Counted from the whole stretch's first letter, positions 23,723-36,931 are shown. The stretch: DNA of 55,416 bases, filler included, from Dimargaris cristalligena (GCA_003614675.1; 3 parts of 3 records of this genome joined end to end with filler, not necessarily neighbours in it), one strand, 5' to 3'. Program-made: numbers and translations. The notes: generated by a model not told the origin, from the letters alone.

Positions 23723-25401
23723 AGGGTTGTGTGGAAGAAAAAATAAAGTAGCGCAATAAGAAAGAGTGAGCCAACGTATTTATGGCCGGGAAATGGTCAA
23801 TTTATATAATTTGTTGCTATTCCGAAACCGAGAACACGTTAAAAAAAGGGGGGGTGAGGGGGCCATTTATCGAACAATTCGAACAAATCCGTGCAACTAT
23901 ATTGATTGGCCATATCTATAGGTAAGCCACGCTTTCTATTGAAGTTGGGGGATATACTTGGGAGATAATAACAGCCCCCAGTAACATACCGAGTCTGGGT
24001 ACCATGGGTAATAGATGAGAGTCCAGGCCGGTGTGTTGGGATAGTGAATAGGGGGGAATACAGTCTAAATTAATCTATCGGATCAGGGTACTTTGAACGA
24101 GAAACGAGACCCGATGGCTCGGTAGGGTTGCCATTTGTACCCTGGATACTATTGATGTTGGGGAGGTTTGAGGGGAGGGGTGCGGAGTACCTATACCATG
24201 GGTATGTCCCTCTCAAGGAATAGGGAAATATGCTCACATGTAAAAAACCTGTCGGGAGAGAATCTAGGCCCCCGGTAGTGCAACCCTCAGAGGGGGCGGA
24301 CAACCCCGAGTTGGGAGGATCCCTCATTTCAACCAATGAGAGCGCTCCACCCAACTCCCTCACTATATCGCCCCCCTCAGAACAAGCAGCGAACGGCAGT
24401 CACTCTACCCAGATACCAGAGATATAGATATAAAAGAAGTAGCGACTCGCATACCCAAAAGATCTTTATGTTTCAATAAAACACTTATTTTAAAACTATA
24501 CATCTTATTCGTAATAACCCCACTCGGCATTTACTTGATTATTCAGTTCCCACTCGGCATTCCATCATAGTAGGTGCAAATAACTTAAGAAGCCAATTGC
24601 ACCCCAATGCTGTGGGGAGGGCTTCTTGGCGGCTATGTACGACAGCCCCATGATGCTTCAAAGTAGGCTTGATTTTGGAATGCGGGATAAGAAAGTCATG
24701 TTATTCGGCACATCACTAACGACGTGGTGGTACTGCACTACGATGAGCCTGGTCACTGAAATGCTGTACGCACAGCATGGCTAACAATAGCCTAAAAAAA
24801 TGTTCGATCGGAGACAGGGGTGCAGTCGTCCTCATTGGATTAGCGTATCAAAGCAGCCGGTTAAACTCTCTGTTGGCTAATAGTGGGTTGGGCCACCCCA
24901 ATTCGGGCAGCCCAGTTGAAGTAGCGTGGTCGCTGCATATTTCAAACCGATGGCGCGGGAGTCGCTGTTCACGGCGGAATGGTAATACCCCGACCAGTTT
25001 GATGCCCTATAGAGGGGATGTGTGTTTTTTTATTATTAAAAAAAGTCATATATCCATGTATTTACTCCCCCATAGCCAAAATAAGGACATCCATTAGCTC
25101 GGTTAAGACTATGGGTCAGGTGGGGCCGGGTAGGGGTGTATTTGAAGCCGATAGTTTATTTTTTTTAGGTGATAAAAACCCGAGATGCAGGATAGTACAT
25201 AATGGACGAGACGGGTGCGAAAATACAATGGGCTCGGGTGGGTTATAGGGAAAGGTGGGAGGACAAATAATGGGTGCGCCAATGGCTAAGGGAACTGTGA
25301 CAGCCGACAATCGGCGATAACCCACTGCCAGTTCATCCTTCTTCTATGGATAATGCTGGAGCCACGGACGCCGTAAACAGGACTCTACCTGTCTGCTCCC
25401 C

Positions 25402-25947
25402 TCATTCATTGAAATTGGAAAACAGGGACCGTCTGGGGGCCTTAATGGTGATGATGCCATTCTCCGTGCGGGCTTCGGCCCGTGAAGTATCCACGTAGGA
25501 AGGCACGGTTAGGGTGTGGTGGAAGCTGTGGATGTGGTCTTTGTGAAAGTGAGAAAGGTGGGGATGTTTGGGGGGGCTCGAGGGTTGGCTGTGGTGGTGG
25601 AGGTTATTGGGAAAGTGGTGTTTGTGGTGGTGCTCGTCATGGGTTTGACCCTGAAGGACAAGCCCGCCCAGCATAGCAGTGACCCGCAGTGACGAGGGTA
25701 TCACCCGAGGAATTAACACACTGATAGTATACACGGAGTCGGTTTCACGGGTGTCCAGTACCTCCATGGGGGTGTTCAATACGCTACCCGGGCCAGAAAA
25801 AGCTCCGAAGTTGTGGCCCGGAATGCCCCAGGGTTGGAAATGGGAGGGAATGCCCTGGCTGAGGAAATTGGGGAATTGGGTGGAGGGGTTGGCGGGAGTA
25901 GGTACCTGGCTCCGCTCGGTGTAGAATGCACTATAGGGCTTGGGCAT
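25402..25947 (-). CDS. Small heat-shock protein (HSP20/alpha-crystallin domain) with His-rich insertion
   Basis: 'LDTRETDSVYTISVLIPRVIPSSLRVT...LVLQGQ' and 'SFHHTLTVPSYVDTSRAEARTENGIITIKAPR' match the alpha-crystallin pattern (F.R...LP..VD...A..ENG.L.I..P). N-terminal arm is Phe/Pro-rich. Confidence 0.85.
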   Translation of the reverse strand: MPKPYSAFYTERSQVPTPANPSTQFPNFLSQGIPSHFQPWGIPGHNFGAFSGPGSVLNTPMEVLDTRETDSVYTISVLIPRVIPSSLRVTAMLGGLVLQGQTHDEHHHKHHFPNNLHHHSQPSSPPKHPHLSHFHKDHIHSFHHTLTVPSYVDTSRAEARTENGIITIKAPRRSLFSNFNE

Positions 25948-26444
25948 AGTGTTGAAAGTCGGTGGTGGGAGTTAGGGTAAAAAGACAGTGGGTTTTGGTT
26001 CGCTACAGAACTGGGGTGGAGAACTCACGTATAAGGCAGCGTAAGTGGAGGAATTGTATGGGGAAGGAAGGAGGGTGTAGGATATAGGAGGACGCCTGTG
26101 GTGCTGACTAGGTGAATGAATAGGAATGGAAAATGCGGGCAAATGTTCAAGAGTGCCGACTGTGAATTAAGCAGTTAATGCTTTGTCCAAGGCAATAGAA
26201 CCAAGGCGTGAGTGAGGAGGATGGATTGGGAATCGGAACAATTAAGAGGGAATGCGATGCAGGGGGGACGGCACCCGACAAGAAATAGTCGCTAATGCAG
26301 GAGAAGAACTAACCGAAACAGAGAGATGGTAGTTGTTAGATGACAGGGACTGGGAAACAGCCAGCGGCAACTAGACGATAAGTTAGACAGTAGTAAATGT
26401 TAACGGGCAAATGTGCTGCACTAGGAGCCCTGGAAACGCCCTGC

Positions 26445-26452
26445 CTTTTATA
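26445..26452 (-). promoter_or_regulatory. Candidate TATA box (TATAAAAG) upstream of the HSP20 gene
   Basis: Canonical TATAAAAG on the minus strand, about 500 bp upstream of the ATG. Confidence 0.3.
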
Positions 26453-27395
26453 TTCCCATGCAACCCAAATCAACGAGGGATTCAACCATATCCTCCATAT
26501 CCCTAATTTTCCGTGTTGAATGGGCGCGGCCCAATGGAACGGGTCTTTGTCCGCTTCAGTGGGCCCGACCTGCAACCACAACGACAACCGCGGCCGCGAC
26601 GAGCACCCATTACGCACAAATGACTTGGCAGCGGTCAGTATGGGCCATGCTGTGTGACGCTGAGTCTGCGGCACATCCCCACGACCTGCCTATACCGATG
26701 CAGATATGTGTCGTACCAAGTGTAAACAAAAAGCCGCTGACCTTCTGGAGTTGGGGAATCAGCATTCCTTCGATTCTTCAGTTGCTCTATTCATACATTG
26801 ACATTTGCTTATGCGCAAATTAAATAGTCGGCGGTGGAAGAAAGCATCCTTCCCCTTGTCCCGATGCCAAGTTTGTCCAGGGATCCACTAAGTAGTTAAC
26901 CTGCCATACGACCTCTACGTTTGCCGTCCGCAAGTAGAATGGATAATACAGTTATTAATATCGGTGCTCTCGCCGTTAATGCATCGCTTGATATACATAT
27001 ATAGACCAAAGGGAGAAGGAGGCCCTACCACACCTCAGTATAACTGGCTTCTCCGAGCTGCACCTCGCGAGTGGGCGGTCCGCTGCTAAGGAAAAGACAC
27101 CCCGGTCCTATGCATAACTGCAATTATACTGGAGCTTTCAAGGCCATACATAACCTTGCTCTGTGCGATATCCAGAGGGGGCCGCAAAACTCCCCGGTAT
27201 GTTCTATTCGAGTGAAATGGACCTAATTGCATACTAAGGTTTTTATTTCCAAAGTTTTTTTTTTCTCTTTCGATTCCTTCTTTTGCGACCTCTGCGCATT
27301 CAACGCAGCCCTAGTTGCCACGACCTCCCTGAATATACCAATCTGTCTCACACATACACGCGCCCCTTACTCCGGTCCGAACACCCCGATTCCGA

Positions 27396-30300
27396 ATGTT
27401 TGAGGTAGGGGCTTTCCCCATGCACCGCCAACCGAGGCTATGTGTTCTAGCGTTCGCATTAGTACCTAACCTGGATCGGAACGGTGGCGAAGGAAGAATA
27501 CGGCTCAATATTATCCCGCCTCTTGGCCGGCGTGCTAACCAACGTCTACAAGCCTTTGCTATGTAACCTATGCCCTATTCTTGTATACCTTGCCATACCA
27601 GCTTGCCGGGGTTCTCAAGGGGCACACAGACACAGTAGTGGCCCTTGACTTTCACTTATTTTCAGACGCTGGGCCTCTCCTTCTCTCGGGTTCCGGTAGG
27701 TCTTACTGATTCGGGACGAGGCCAACCCTGGACGATACAAGTCCATATTGCTTACTATTGGCGACACTAGCTGGGGAAAATGATGGCAGCGTCGGTGATA
27801 TAATGATATGGGGGGAGGATGAGGCGGAGCGTGGAGCCTCTCACGAGTCCCACTTTTAGCCTCGCATATCCCCCTCCCCTCCGCCTTGTTGTCCTGCTAA
27901 ATCCACCTATAACCATGCCTGTTCGGTCTGGTGGTTTATCTTTTCATTTACCCTCGACTACATTCCATTGTACCAGCCGCTTGTTGGTAAATATTAGAAA
28001 GTCATCCGCCCTGCCATATCATCATCATTTTATTATAATTATTATTGCCATAGTGATCCTAACAACAAGTATATTACCCTCTATTATTTTTGGTGGGGCG
28101 GGGCGATTATGTCACATAATATGCTACTTTAACCGCTACCTCTGGTGGCTAAATTACCTACCGTGCAACTACTTTTGCATCAATGCAATGGCATCCCCAA
28201 TCGACGTGGCCGCGGTGATTCATCAAAGAGGATGCAACGGCACGTCTATGGGATCTAAGAACCCGGAAATCAGTCAGAGCTATCCGGGGCTTCGATACTG
28301 CAGTAAGTAGCTCTAATGCTCATATTAAGTGACCTACTTCCCCATGGTTACCCCAACCGGTCTCAATGACGTGTTATGAGAGACCTGTACAAGTGGCCCA
28401 GCGTGAATTGGCGCCCGTTGGTGTTTTATAGGCCATTCCACGGTGTGGGTAATCGTCTGGCTTTGAAGCGGCCGGTATTGGCATTCTGCCTCTGGCCATC
28501 GTGATACTGTATTTATTTTAACACAGCTAATCGATTTCGCTGGGGGATCGGAGTGTAGATTCGAGAGGTTGTGATTGCCTCTCGACTCTGGAAATTGTAC
28601 TGCCTGCAGTACCCCCTTAACTGTTCGACCTGTTATATCCATGTCGGGTAAAGTACTTAACTCCCCGGCGGTATAATATTGATATATCCAATGACTAGGT
28701 GGCGTCGGCCCGATTTGGCCATCCCACTCGCCAGGCACAACGGTTCTATTTAGCTGCTGCTAATCAGGTAAACTAAACGGCCACAATCTAGCTATATGTT
28801 ATGGCCCCCAGAGTATCGCTCGAGGTTGAGTAGGCGAGGGCACTGTCAGCCAGCCTCCTTGGATGTGATCCTGACATACATTCCACATCCAGTAAATGCA
28901 CCTGCTTCGATAAGGCCTGGACCAGACGACTTAGGGCCTAACACCCGCATCAGGCGAACTTGCCACCCTTGACCAGTTCCTGCTCGGTTTATTCATCATT
29001 GAAAAACACCATAGGCCAACCGTATCCTACATTAGTCCAGCTGCCTATCCGTGTGCTATCAGTGGATAGTATCTGTTTGACTAACTTCCTTGAAACTGCA
29101 CTATGTATACACACAGATTTACGAGTACGACCTCCGACAACCCGGTATAATTTTGTCAGAGCCTATACACCAGTTCAGTGTGGGCGAGGACGAAATCAAC
29201 ATGGTAAGCAATAGCATTATTAGTATTGGCCGGCTGATTACTTATAGAGGCCGGTTTATATCGCCAAGCGGAACTATGCATGTACAAGCAGGGCCACGTT
29301 TAATTGAAGCCCTACTTGGCATCGTTTAAACCCCTACATACCGAAATACCATAGTGGTTGGTATTGCCCCGGATCCTTCAATCGAATTTCTCGACTGAAA
29401 CCAATTGGAACAGCTGCATTTTTTTATATAAAAAGATCCGCAAATTGGTCTGTCTTGTGCCCTGGATAGCTTGGCCAAAAAGGTCGACCATAGGGAAAAA
29501 TATCCGCAGCCCTATAGTTACATAGCTCAGCATGTCCTCTATCGCACTAACTCTCACCCACCTCTCTCCACCCATGCACGCCTACTTTTTCACATTTAAC
29601 TAAACTCGCCGTCGACCGCAGATTGATGTAGATCGCCGCGGGAAGTTTTTGGCCGTGGCCGACGACAGTGGCGAACCGGCTCTCTATGATCTAGTCGACC
29701 GACGACGCCATCCACGCCGGTTCCGCAAAGGCCATGTGGGTAATATTTGCGCCAGTGTGTGCTTCCAACCTGTCGCACCCTACGACTTGTGGACCGGGGG
29801 CATGGATATGCAGCAACTGCAATGGGACAGTTCCCGGGCCATCCTACTGGGCCGCTGGGCCAACCCACCACCACCACCACCATCATCGTCATCGTCGGAC
29901 GCGACCAACGCTAATGCCAATTCGCAATTGGTGAATCCGCCGTTTGTCTATAGTCTGGCGGTTCACCCAAAAGGCCACCAAGTCGCGGCGGGGCTTGGCA
30001 ATGGGGCCATCCGAGTGGTGGAATTCATGGAGCAGCCCCCCTTTAATAACCCCGGGATGACGGGTAAGAAAGATACGACGGCTACTACCCAAACCAAACA
30101 GGGCAAGAAGACTAAAGGTAAAAATGCCAAGGCAGCGACGATTACTGTTGCCCAACCGGAATGGCGGGAACACCCGTCGCTAGTCGACACCCACGCCTAC
30201 GCGGTGTCCGCTTTGGCCTACGCCCAGTTTGATCCCTCGTGGTTGGTGTCGGGAGGGTTAGACGGCCAATTGGGACTGTGGCGGGCCAAGCTGCCGGACT

Positions 30301-30593
30301 CGGTTTTAACCTCTTCTTCATCTCCGGCCAGGGTTACGGGGTCCCAAGGGGACGGTGATAATGACGATGGTGGTGGTGATGTGTCACCCCCGTTGGTGTT
30401 GGTAAATAAGTACGTTTCCTTCTTCGATAAGGTAGAATGCCTCACTACGGCGGATTTGCTCGGTCGCAGTGCGGCCCGGGACAAGTCCGGCGATACGACA
30501 CCGGGCTCACGTCTGGTCGCCCTGGGTGGGGTTGTAACGCAGCCCGATCTCAAGGGCGCAATCGCACTGTACCGATTTGGTGACAGTTCCTGA
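27396..30593 (+). CDS. WD40-repeat protein, WDR53-like (434 aa); exons 27396-27404, 27602-27695, 28229-28302, 28699-28767, 29117-29203, 29622-30593
   Basis: Spliced translation 'MFE-LAGVLKGHTDTVVALDFH...LLLSGS-EDATARLWDLRTRKSVRAI...-VASARFG...FYLAAANQ-IYEYDLRQ...GEDEINM-IDVDRRGKFLAVADDSGE...GHVGNICASVCFQP...TGGMDMQ...LVNPPFVYSLAV'. All introns are GT-AG with compatible phases. Motifs EINx, ADDSG, NICxSVxF and NPxxxxS are WDR53-like. The 9-nt first exon is the least certain part. Confidence 0.82.
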
Positions 30594-31210
30594 GTAATCT
30601 AATATTTAAATAAAATACGCCCTGCATATTTTAAAGTCGCCTATAGTCCAAGGCCTAGAGAGTCGTAAACGGGCGGATCTTATTGGCAAGATAATTGAAA
30701 TACTGAAGGGCGGACACTATAGTTTAACCAAATGCCCACCGCTTGGCTGGACATGCATGTTCAATCCTACCAATTTATTTTTCTGGGAAAAGGGTTACGG
30801 CCGTCAGAGGAATTAAAGTGTGGGCATACTAGTTACAGAATGCCACGTATAAGTTTCGTTATTAATTTTAAAGGGGGAATAACCATTTTAAATCCACCCC
30901 AATTCGTTAAACCAGGGCTAGTTACTATTGATACGCGTAATTTGGTATACGGAGGGTATTAATACAGCTCCACTGATTGAATCGCCAACAGGTTGCCTAA
31001 ACTCGGTACTATATTTTAACAAACCCCAGCCCATTCAGACATGTTACTTACCCCTGCCATCGACTGAGCTAGGTTTTCTAGGTTAAATTCACTTTCACAT
31101 TACTTTCTATTCCATATTCCCCCCTCTCCTTGCCTTTATTTCGTGACGCCTTTACCCTACCATCCTACCCATTACCAAACCGCTTCACCTATTCCCAGCC
31201 CATTCATACC

Positions 31211-32761
31211 ATGGCCAAGCAATACAAAACTCTCGGGGAGGACATCTGGAAGAACCGGGTCGAAACCATCGTAAGTATAAGGCTGCCGCCACAACCCCTC
31301 CCCACTTACGAACATGTGTGTACCCGCCAATCGACCTCTTCCCCGAGATGGGCTCTTATGCACCCTCTCTCGGGTATTGGAAATCGGGCCAAGTACCTAT
31401 ATATTTGGCAGACCTTCGAACTGGTCGGACAATAGCTTCCGATAAGGGGTTCGGCCGGGGTCGGGCCATGGGCAGCGGTGGCAAGCTCCGCCCCTTCTCC
31501 CTCCCGAACGCCCTCCTCCGTACGTTGGCCTAGTTGACCGAGCTTTCGGCGTCTAATTCTTAAATGGGTGCTTGTTTTTGCATATATATTTATTCGTTTG
31601 CATACTGCGGTGGTATTCGAAACCTTTGCTTCTATGTAATAGAATGCCGAACTCTTTATCTTCACCTACGGTTCTATTGTCGCCCAACTGGTCAAAGACT
31701 TCGAGGATTATGAACAGGTCAATAAGCAGTTAGAGAAAATGTAAGTTTCTCGATACCAATCCACCGGCATTTTTCTCTATTTTCCTATAGAAATACATAC
31801 CCTTTAATTGGGTCTAGTATACATGACCTGACCAATGCACTCGAATGCTCTTCACACACATATATATATATATATATAGGATACTCATTTGGTTCCACCA
31901 CTGTTTTGAATTCGGAATCGGCTGACTAGGGGCTACAATATTGGCGTACGGCTTATTGAGGACTTTCTTTCCCGCTCCGGCTGGGGCCGTTGCACGGACT
32001 TCAAGGAAACGATGGAGGTGATTTCCAAGGTAAGCGGATCTTGAGCGGTGGTGGAGGTAAAGAAGGGGAAATGAACGTATTTCTATAGGCAGTAATGCCG
32101 ACGATTTTGCGCAGACTGTGTATGGACTGTGTGATTTTTGCTATTTTACGATAACTTTGGTTCTTTACTCATTATGTATACTACATATGTATAACCTATG
32201 CTTCTATTGCACGCCACCCCATCTTCCCTGCCTAGATTGGCTTCAAAATGTTTCTCAACATCGCCCCTACCGTCACTAACTGGTCCACTGACAGCAAGGT
32301 GTGCTCTCTAATCCTTGACGAAAACCCCCTCAACGACTTTGTGGAATTGCCCCTGGACACGCAACACAAGTTATGGTATTCGAATATCCTATGCGGTGTC
32401 CTGCGCGGGGCTTTGGAAATGGTAGGCTCTAAACTTAAAGATGGTGGGGGCTATTTGAGATATCCAACAGCGCCATGGGTGGACTAGACGACACTTTTTT
32501 GATAACCCAACTATTTTTATCTTTACAAATATTGACTCGTCTATATTACCCAACTCTTCACCCCTTTCCTTGACTATCGCCCGTTATATCGGATCGACCC
32601 CCTCGTTTTCTGGAATCCATGCGTGACGGTCACCCCTATAGGTTCAAATGCAAATCGAGGCCAATTTTATCAGCTGTGTCCTTCAGGGCGACGACATTTC
32701 CGAAATTCGGGTTCAATTTATTCGCCACTTGCAGGAAGAGCTCCCCAACGCCGATGATTAA
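31211..32761 (+). CDS. BET3: TRAPP complex subunit Bet3/TRAPPC3 (187 aa); exons 31211-31270, 31643-31740, 31930-32029, 32236-32421, 32642-32761
   Basis: Spliced translation 'NAELFIFTYGSIVAQLVKDFEDYEQVNKQLEKMGYNIGVRLIEDFLSRSGWGRCTDFKETMEVISKIGFKMFLNI...ENPLNDFVELP...LWYSNILCGVLRGALEMVQMQ'. Splice sites canonical. Confidence 0.96.
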
Positions 32762-33362
32762 TTCATCGCATCCCCCACACCGCTGTCGCCCCACTGTATA
32801 ATAAATATATACCGATGGACCAAACCAGGTGATGTTTTATTGTTGTAATATTTTTTTTATTGGAAAATGGGGCAGATGTCAACATACTGCTGACCGGTTC
32901 TTTTATTCGACTGGTCTTTGAGTGGGATATAAATGAAATATTCGAAATGGAAATATATTCAAATTGGAGACAAGCACCAATTCACCCGCCAGGGGCGAAT
33001 TTTTTTGAGGGATGTCAGGGTAAACAGCGACGGAACAGTAGTCAATAATATGGGACAGTGAGAGAAAAGTTATAGACATAGAGAAGGCAGTTGCAAAAAT
33101 GATGAACGTAGTATTGGAGAGGAGAAACGGAATTTCAAAAACAAAATCGAACAATGAAGGAGACAGAGAAACAACGAGGCCAAGCCCGGTCTACGGGTTG
33201 GAGAACCAGCGAACGATTGGAAAAGAAAAAGGGGAATAAGAAAATGAAAATTTTTGTCAAAAACAGTCTCACCCTAACACTGAAAGGGTCGTTTGAAGAG
33301 ACAGTTTCGAATGGGCCGTTTTCGTTTTATTTATACATATATATATATGTGTATAGGGGATC

Positions 33363-35034
33363 CTAACGGACTAACGACCATTCGATGTCGTTTTCACCGT
33401 CATCGATGAACTTCTCGCCAAAGTGCTTGGCAATGGATTCATTGAGGTCAAGTTGGTTTACGTCGCAGCCGGGGCAAGTATCAGTGATCATGGCGTCAAC
33501 CGATTGACCAGCGTACGTAACACGGACGATATGGAAACAGTTGGGATTGCCGTTGCTCTCGCTTCCCATCTGGGACTCGTTCTGTTGATCATGGTCGTAT
33601 TGATTATTAGGAGAGAAGGCAGCAAATTAAATACAAAGATATCACCGGGTCAGTGGGGCCAGATATAACAGATATATATATATACATATATGCATAAATA
33701 ATGGTTGGTGTTAGCAGTGGTTGTGGGCTATTGCGAGATATATAATGAGATGAGTGTGGTTATATCCCATTCAGACATGTCTCCATCATTGGGCTAACCG
33801 GCTCACATGCACAGTGCCAGCGAAACTATTAGAAGGGGGACAGGAGAGGGGGGGAGGAAGAAATAAACCGGTTACTTACCACTGCCACGGTAAAGTCCGT
33901 CGAGCTACCGGGATTACCACACGAGTGGGTACCCTCTCCGCCGCTGTAGAAGGTTGCCTTGCCCTTGAATGGCCCACCTTCCAAAGTCGATGCACCGGTT
34001 GGGGTGTATTCGGGGAAATCACCACCAGCGGTCGGCGAGGGGGTTTCCGAGGGCGTTTCAGTAGGGATCTCACCGGAATCCGTGCCGGTAGGTGTTTCGG
34101 TGGGGACCTCGATGGAGTCCGTCTCAGTATCGGCACTTGCGTCGGTGTCAGTGTCGGTGGGCGTTTCGGTAGGGGTCTCGCTGGAATCAGTACCGGTATC
34201 AGTTTCCGCCTCCGTAGGCATTTCCGTGGGGAATTCGGTCGGGCTCATGATGGCGGTATCCACAGGGGTCTCGGTGGGAATGGGGTCAATATCGGTACGG
34301 GTGTCAGTAGAGTCCGTGGGGGTTTCCGTAGGTGCGATTTCCGTGTTATCGGGAGTTGGTAGAATCGTAGGCACGGCCCCGGTATTTTCGGGCGTCGGTA
34401 GAATCGTAGGCACAACCTCGGTGTTTTCAGGAGTGGGCGTATCCGTGGGTACCACTTCCGTATTTTCGGGTGTTGGGGTATCAGTAGGCACCACCTCGGT
34501 GTTTTCAGGGGTGGGGGTATCGGTAGTCATAACCTCCGTATTTTCGGGAGTAGGCTCCACCATAGGGGTAGTAGTATCGATTGGGGCCGAATCAGTCGTC
34601 GTGGGGACCGCGACCGTATCTGTCGAAAGGTTAGTAGAAGTAGTGGGGGGAGTCACACCGGGCACGGCGGGGTTGTAAGGCATAGTGCGCGGTCTACATT
34701 TCTGCTTAGGCGGGTTAGCGGGCGTGGGTTCCATAGTCGGGTAAGGCGAACGCCGCTGGAGGAAAGCAATGGGGTTATTATTGACCGGCGACTGAGCCGG
34801 GGGCGGGAAAGCAGGATCCGCTGACCGGCGGGCCATGCGGACCGCGGCGCGGGAACGGGGATGATTGGTAGTATCCCGGCGCTCCAACGAAGCTTGCGAG
34901 GCGGGCTGTTGGAAGAAGGGCCGGCCCAGGTCGAGGGAACGGCGTTCCACGGGGGAGTAGGAGTTGAGATACGCTAGGGCTCCGGCAGCCATAAGGTTTA
35001 TGGTGACAACGATAGTCTGGGGAGAGACCTTCAT
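33363..35034 (-). CDS. Secreted RlpA-like double-psi beta-barrel (expansin/loosenin-like) protein with Thr/Pro/Glu repeat stalk; exons 35034-33880 and 33581-33363
   Basis: Signal peptide, long T/P-rich region, then 'FKGKATFYSGGEGTHSCGNPGSSTDFTVAV-NESQMGSESNGNPNCFHIVRVTYAGQSVDAMITDTCPGCDVNQLDL...IEW'. Phase-0 intron 33879-33582 (GTAAGT...CTAAT...CAG). Confidence 0.9.
34318..34551 (-). repeat. Coding tandem repeat, 6 x 39 bp (TPENTEVVPTDTP-type)
   Basis: Six 13-aa units are visible in the translation, with many synonymous differences between units. Confidence 0.9.
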
Positions 35035-36853
35035 GATTATAGACGTGTGGTGAAGAAGGGAGGGGGTAAGGGGTGATTGATGTGAGAAAATAAGGTGGTG
35101 AGGGTAGGTGGTCGAGATTATAATTTCGACAAGCGGGAAACGGATAGGGTCCTCCGGATAATTTTTTTAAAAAAAGCCAACTCCTTGAAGTTCAATGTAG
35201 GACAAGGGGTGATGAGGAAAAGTCCTGGGGATGTATAATAGTCGAATAGCGCGTTAAATGGCCAAGATGTACAATTGCAAACACAACAATAATGTAGTTA
35301 AAACCTAGAGCTTATGATAAATGTCAAAGTAAGACGGTAATATTTTTAGGGCGAATAGAGAAGGTGTGGGCAATTGAAATGAAGATAAATTAATTTAATT
35401 GATGTTTACAGTCAATGTAATATAGATAAGGTAAGCGGTCAACGTTTACCGGCGAAAATAATTAAATTAAATTAGTTCGTGTACAAGGTGGGCATATCAA
35501 GGCGCTAATCGCCAAGTTAATGGAAAATACAAGAGAGGAGCTGGCTGATGGTGGAAATGGAGGCAATGAGAGTTGGATATTCGTTAAGAGGGCGGCTCTC
35601 CCCGGCCCTTTTATATCGGTTGGCGACGCGGTCTTGATGGATTTTGCCTCCTCTCTCCTACCGCCTGGCTGGTGGTTCGGAAGGGCCCACGGCTTTCGGG
35701 GTTTCCCGTAAGTTAAAGTAGGAGCGAAAAGGGAAGGGAAATGCGCCCATACGGCGCGGAGCTCGAGGCTGATAGGATCGGCCACCGCCTGCTTCTTCGT
35801 ATCCCTTACATGCCATTGAGTTCGTCGACTGTACTAACTCGTTGTCAGAATGGCCGGTCCCGGGCTTCATGATCAACCCCAATAATTGATCAATCTCTTT
35901 CTCCTCTCCGTCTTTCCCTTTCCCTCATTTCCCACTTTTTCCCTTTTCATTTTCCCTCTCCCGCCCACTCGCTGAGCATTCCTCTCGCTCTCCCTCCTAA
36001 GGCTGACAGACCCCACGCCGCTTGCCAATCCTGGCCATGGGCTCTCCCCAATGGATATGGCCCTGCATCTTCCAAAAGAAGCGGGTGCACACTTAGAAGG
36101 TGCACTATACAGAGGCAATAATATCGACAGAATCCGGCAACATTGGAGTGGCGTAGAGGGAAGGGTGGCGGTAGTGCTCAGACGTTCTCGCCGGATACCC
36201 TACCCATCGCCGAGTTCGTTGATGAGACATTCTAACAAAGACGGGGTGCACATGATTCGCCTCGGGTGCTAATAAAGTGCTGTGGGTAGTATACCGCCAA
36301 GCTCCTAATTAGCCTGTTGGCCAACCACTCATCCACTTCTCCTTGTATCTACCCACCGCCTTCACCACCACCCATATTCTCTACAATCACTAGTACTGGG
36401 CTAGTTAGGTAAGTCTAGCACCACAAACCCCCTACGGTGCCGGTTCAATCATTTACGTCGCCCTTTAGATTTCAGTCGCCATTTTTCCATCCACCTAGTG
36501 ACACGATCGGTCAGACAACCGTCGCTCATGAATATGAGAGTTCAATACTGTGAAAAATATGACTGCAAGTAAGTGAAGCCATCCCCTAATAGTTTCATAA
36601 TGCACATTTAAATGGGTCGAGTTCTCTGAGTTACTAGAACAGTTATTGGTTGTATTTTTAAACTCCGCCAATTAGCGGGAAAATGCTTAAATCGACTAAG
36701 TCTGGAACGGCACCTATCCACAATTAAAATGGCTAATAAAAAATAAATTATACGCCACCTTGGATAAGGACTATGGAGTATATTTTCATTAACTGGGTTT
36801 ATGTACCGTATTTTAGTTTATCGCTCTATGACCCACCCCCCCAGACATTATAT

Positions 36854-36931
36854 ATATGGGTGAAGTTCAGCTTGGTTGTATAAGGTTTTAACCGATATGT
36901 GTATGGGAAAATTGGTGGGATGTTTATTTTC
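36854..36931 (-). mobile_element. MITE family copy 4 (right end, truncated at contig end)
   Basis: Reverse complement GAAAATAAACATCCCACCAATTTTCCCATACACATATCGGTTAAAACCTTATACAACCAAGCTGAACTTCACCCATAT aligns with the right half of 22870-23012. Confidence 0.75.

Noticed and set aside
24519..24561. 13-bp direct repeat CCCACTCGGCATT x2 with 30-bp period
   Set aside because: Only two units. Not CRISPR-like or an array, and most likely a local duplication.
27819..28310. 163-aa ORF with a hydrophobic stretch
   Set aside because: It lies in intron 2 and overlaps exon 3 of the WDR53-like gene in another frame. The hydrophobic run comes from ATT-rich intron sequence.
33959..34678. 239-aa Val/Ser/Gly-rich plus-strand ORF
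   Set aside because: Antisense shadow of the Thr/Pro repeat stalk of the expansin-like gene.
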